Positions 63,378-64,000 of a stretch of 64,000 nt of DNA are shown in pieces. Source of the DNA: an uncultured Candidatus Peribacteria bacterium. Lineage in GTDB: Bacteria > Patescibacteriota > Gracilibacteria > BD1-5 > UBA2023. The notes under the pieces are model-generated. The model worked only from the letters and a program-made list of their open reading frames with translations. It was not told the DNA's origin and searched no databases. The position numbers were made by a program, and so were the translations under genes. The first letter of the stretch is position 1; each line of letters begins with the position of its first letter. The stretch covers positions 337,874 to 401,873 of the forward strand of contig CAYZVC010000001.1 of assembly GCA_964482035.1 (NCBI GenBank), in the 5' to 3' direction.

Positions 63378-64000
63378 GTGTCCAAGAACCGCCCACCGTT
63401 TTCGATTTACGAAACCGCCCCCAAACTTTCATTTTCCAGACAGTCGAAATGATCGGCGTTTTTAGTCGTGGGAGGCGTGGCGACCAAAGTCGAAAAGGTG
63501 GTGAGGGAATCCGATTTCGCGCTCTTTGCGGGATGTTATTGAATTATCGACAACCTTTCCCCCCATGCGGAAGCCGGCATCCCCGTAACTGCCGATATCG
63601 ACGAGGCCGCCGTTTGGGGCGGGATGATCGAAGAGCTTGCCCGACAGTGAGACGTTTTACCGAAGTCTCTCGAATCGGTAAGCGAAGACGTATCCAAGAT
63701 TCTTTGAAAACCCGTTTCCGTTTTTTCTGACCAGAAGATCGCGAAGATGGCGAAAGATGCCAAACGTCTCGCCGAAAGTGCGGAGAAGGAAGCGAAACGC
63801 GCGGAAAAACGACGTCAGAACAGACTTTCCAAATCTCCAGGGGAAACCGCGGATGCCGGAATCAAGAAGCCCATGGTCGTGGTCGTCATCGAAAAGCGCC
63901 TCGCGAAGTGCGAAGCCTCCATGAAAGTCTACCGGTACCTCGATCCGACCGTGAAAGAAGACGTGCCGGAGCCGACCGTGGCGGAAGTGGAAAAATTCAT
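63378..64000 (+). CDS. hypothetical protein, 3-prime truncated by window end
   Basis: Frame 0 is open from GTG 63378 to the window end if 4 TGA are read as Gly. The Lys/Glu-rich C-terminal part looks protein-like. Confidence 0.3.

Noticed and set aside
1-64000. CRISPR arrays, rRNA genes, transposases or prophage structural genes.
   Set aside because: Reading both strands revealed no regularly spaced direct repeats, no rRNA-like conserved stretches, and no transposase, integrase, capsid or terminase motifs.

Overview
This 64-kb window comes from a bacterium that decodes UGA as glycine (translation table 25, the code known from Gracilibacteria/Absconditabacteria-type CPR lineages). The supplied six-frame track used the standard code, so most genes appear as fragments. 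I re-joined fragments across in-frame TGA by hand and checked frame continuity against the track coordinates. This gives about 60 tightly packed genes.

Housekeeping genes:
- Translation and nucleotide-related: lepA, pheT, gatB, rpsB, tsf, map, ndk, rluD, an ABC-F ATPase and one tRNA-Trp(CCA).
- Stress response, DNA repair and nuclease genes: relA/spoT, recQ, recX, nth and tatD.
- Metabolism: ahcY, a PfkB-family kinase, glmS and manC.

Envelope and secreted functions:
- Two glycan-biosynthesis clusters.
- Secreted hydrolases: a roughly 1737-aa M4 metalloprotease and a GH26-like enzyme.
- Many membrane proteins.

Accessory content:
- Two small toxin-antitoxin-like pairs.
- lemA flanked by two diverged DUF3137-like paralogs.
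- Several blocks of genes with no recognisable function.

Main points of interest:
- The recoding itself, its very uneven use between genes, and leftover former TGA stops. These include three ATGA start/stop overlaps, one gene with no stop before its terminator, and paralog modules apparently fused through TGA.
- An uncharacterised four-gene operon led by a zinc-ribbon, catalytically dead trypsin-fold, TPR protein.
- A GHMP-kinase-like protein fused to a winged helix.
- Copies of the tRNA-Trp 3-prime end next to the tRNA.
- A 370-bp convergent non-coding gap with nested complementary segments.

Limits: all product calls rest on motif recognition by eye. No alignments, HMM searches or RNA-folding programs were run. 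TGA counts and GC statements are manual estimates.
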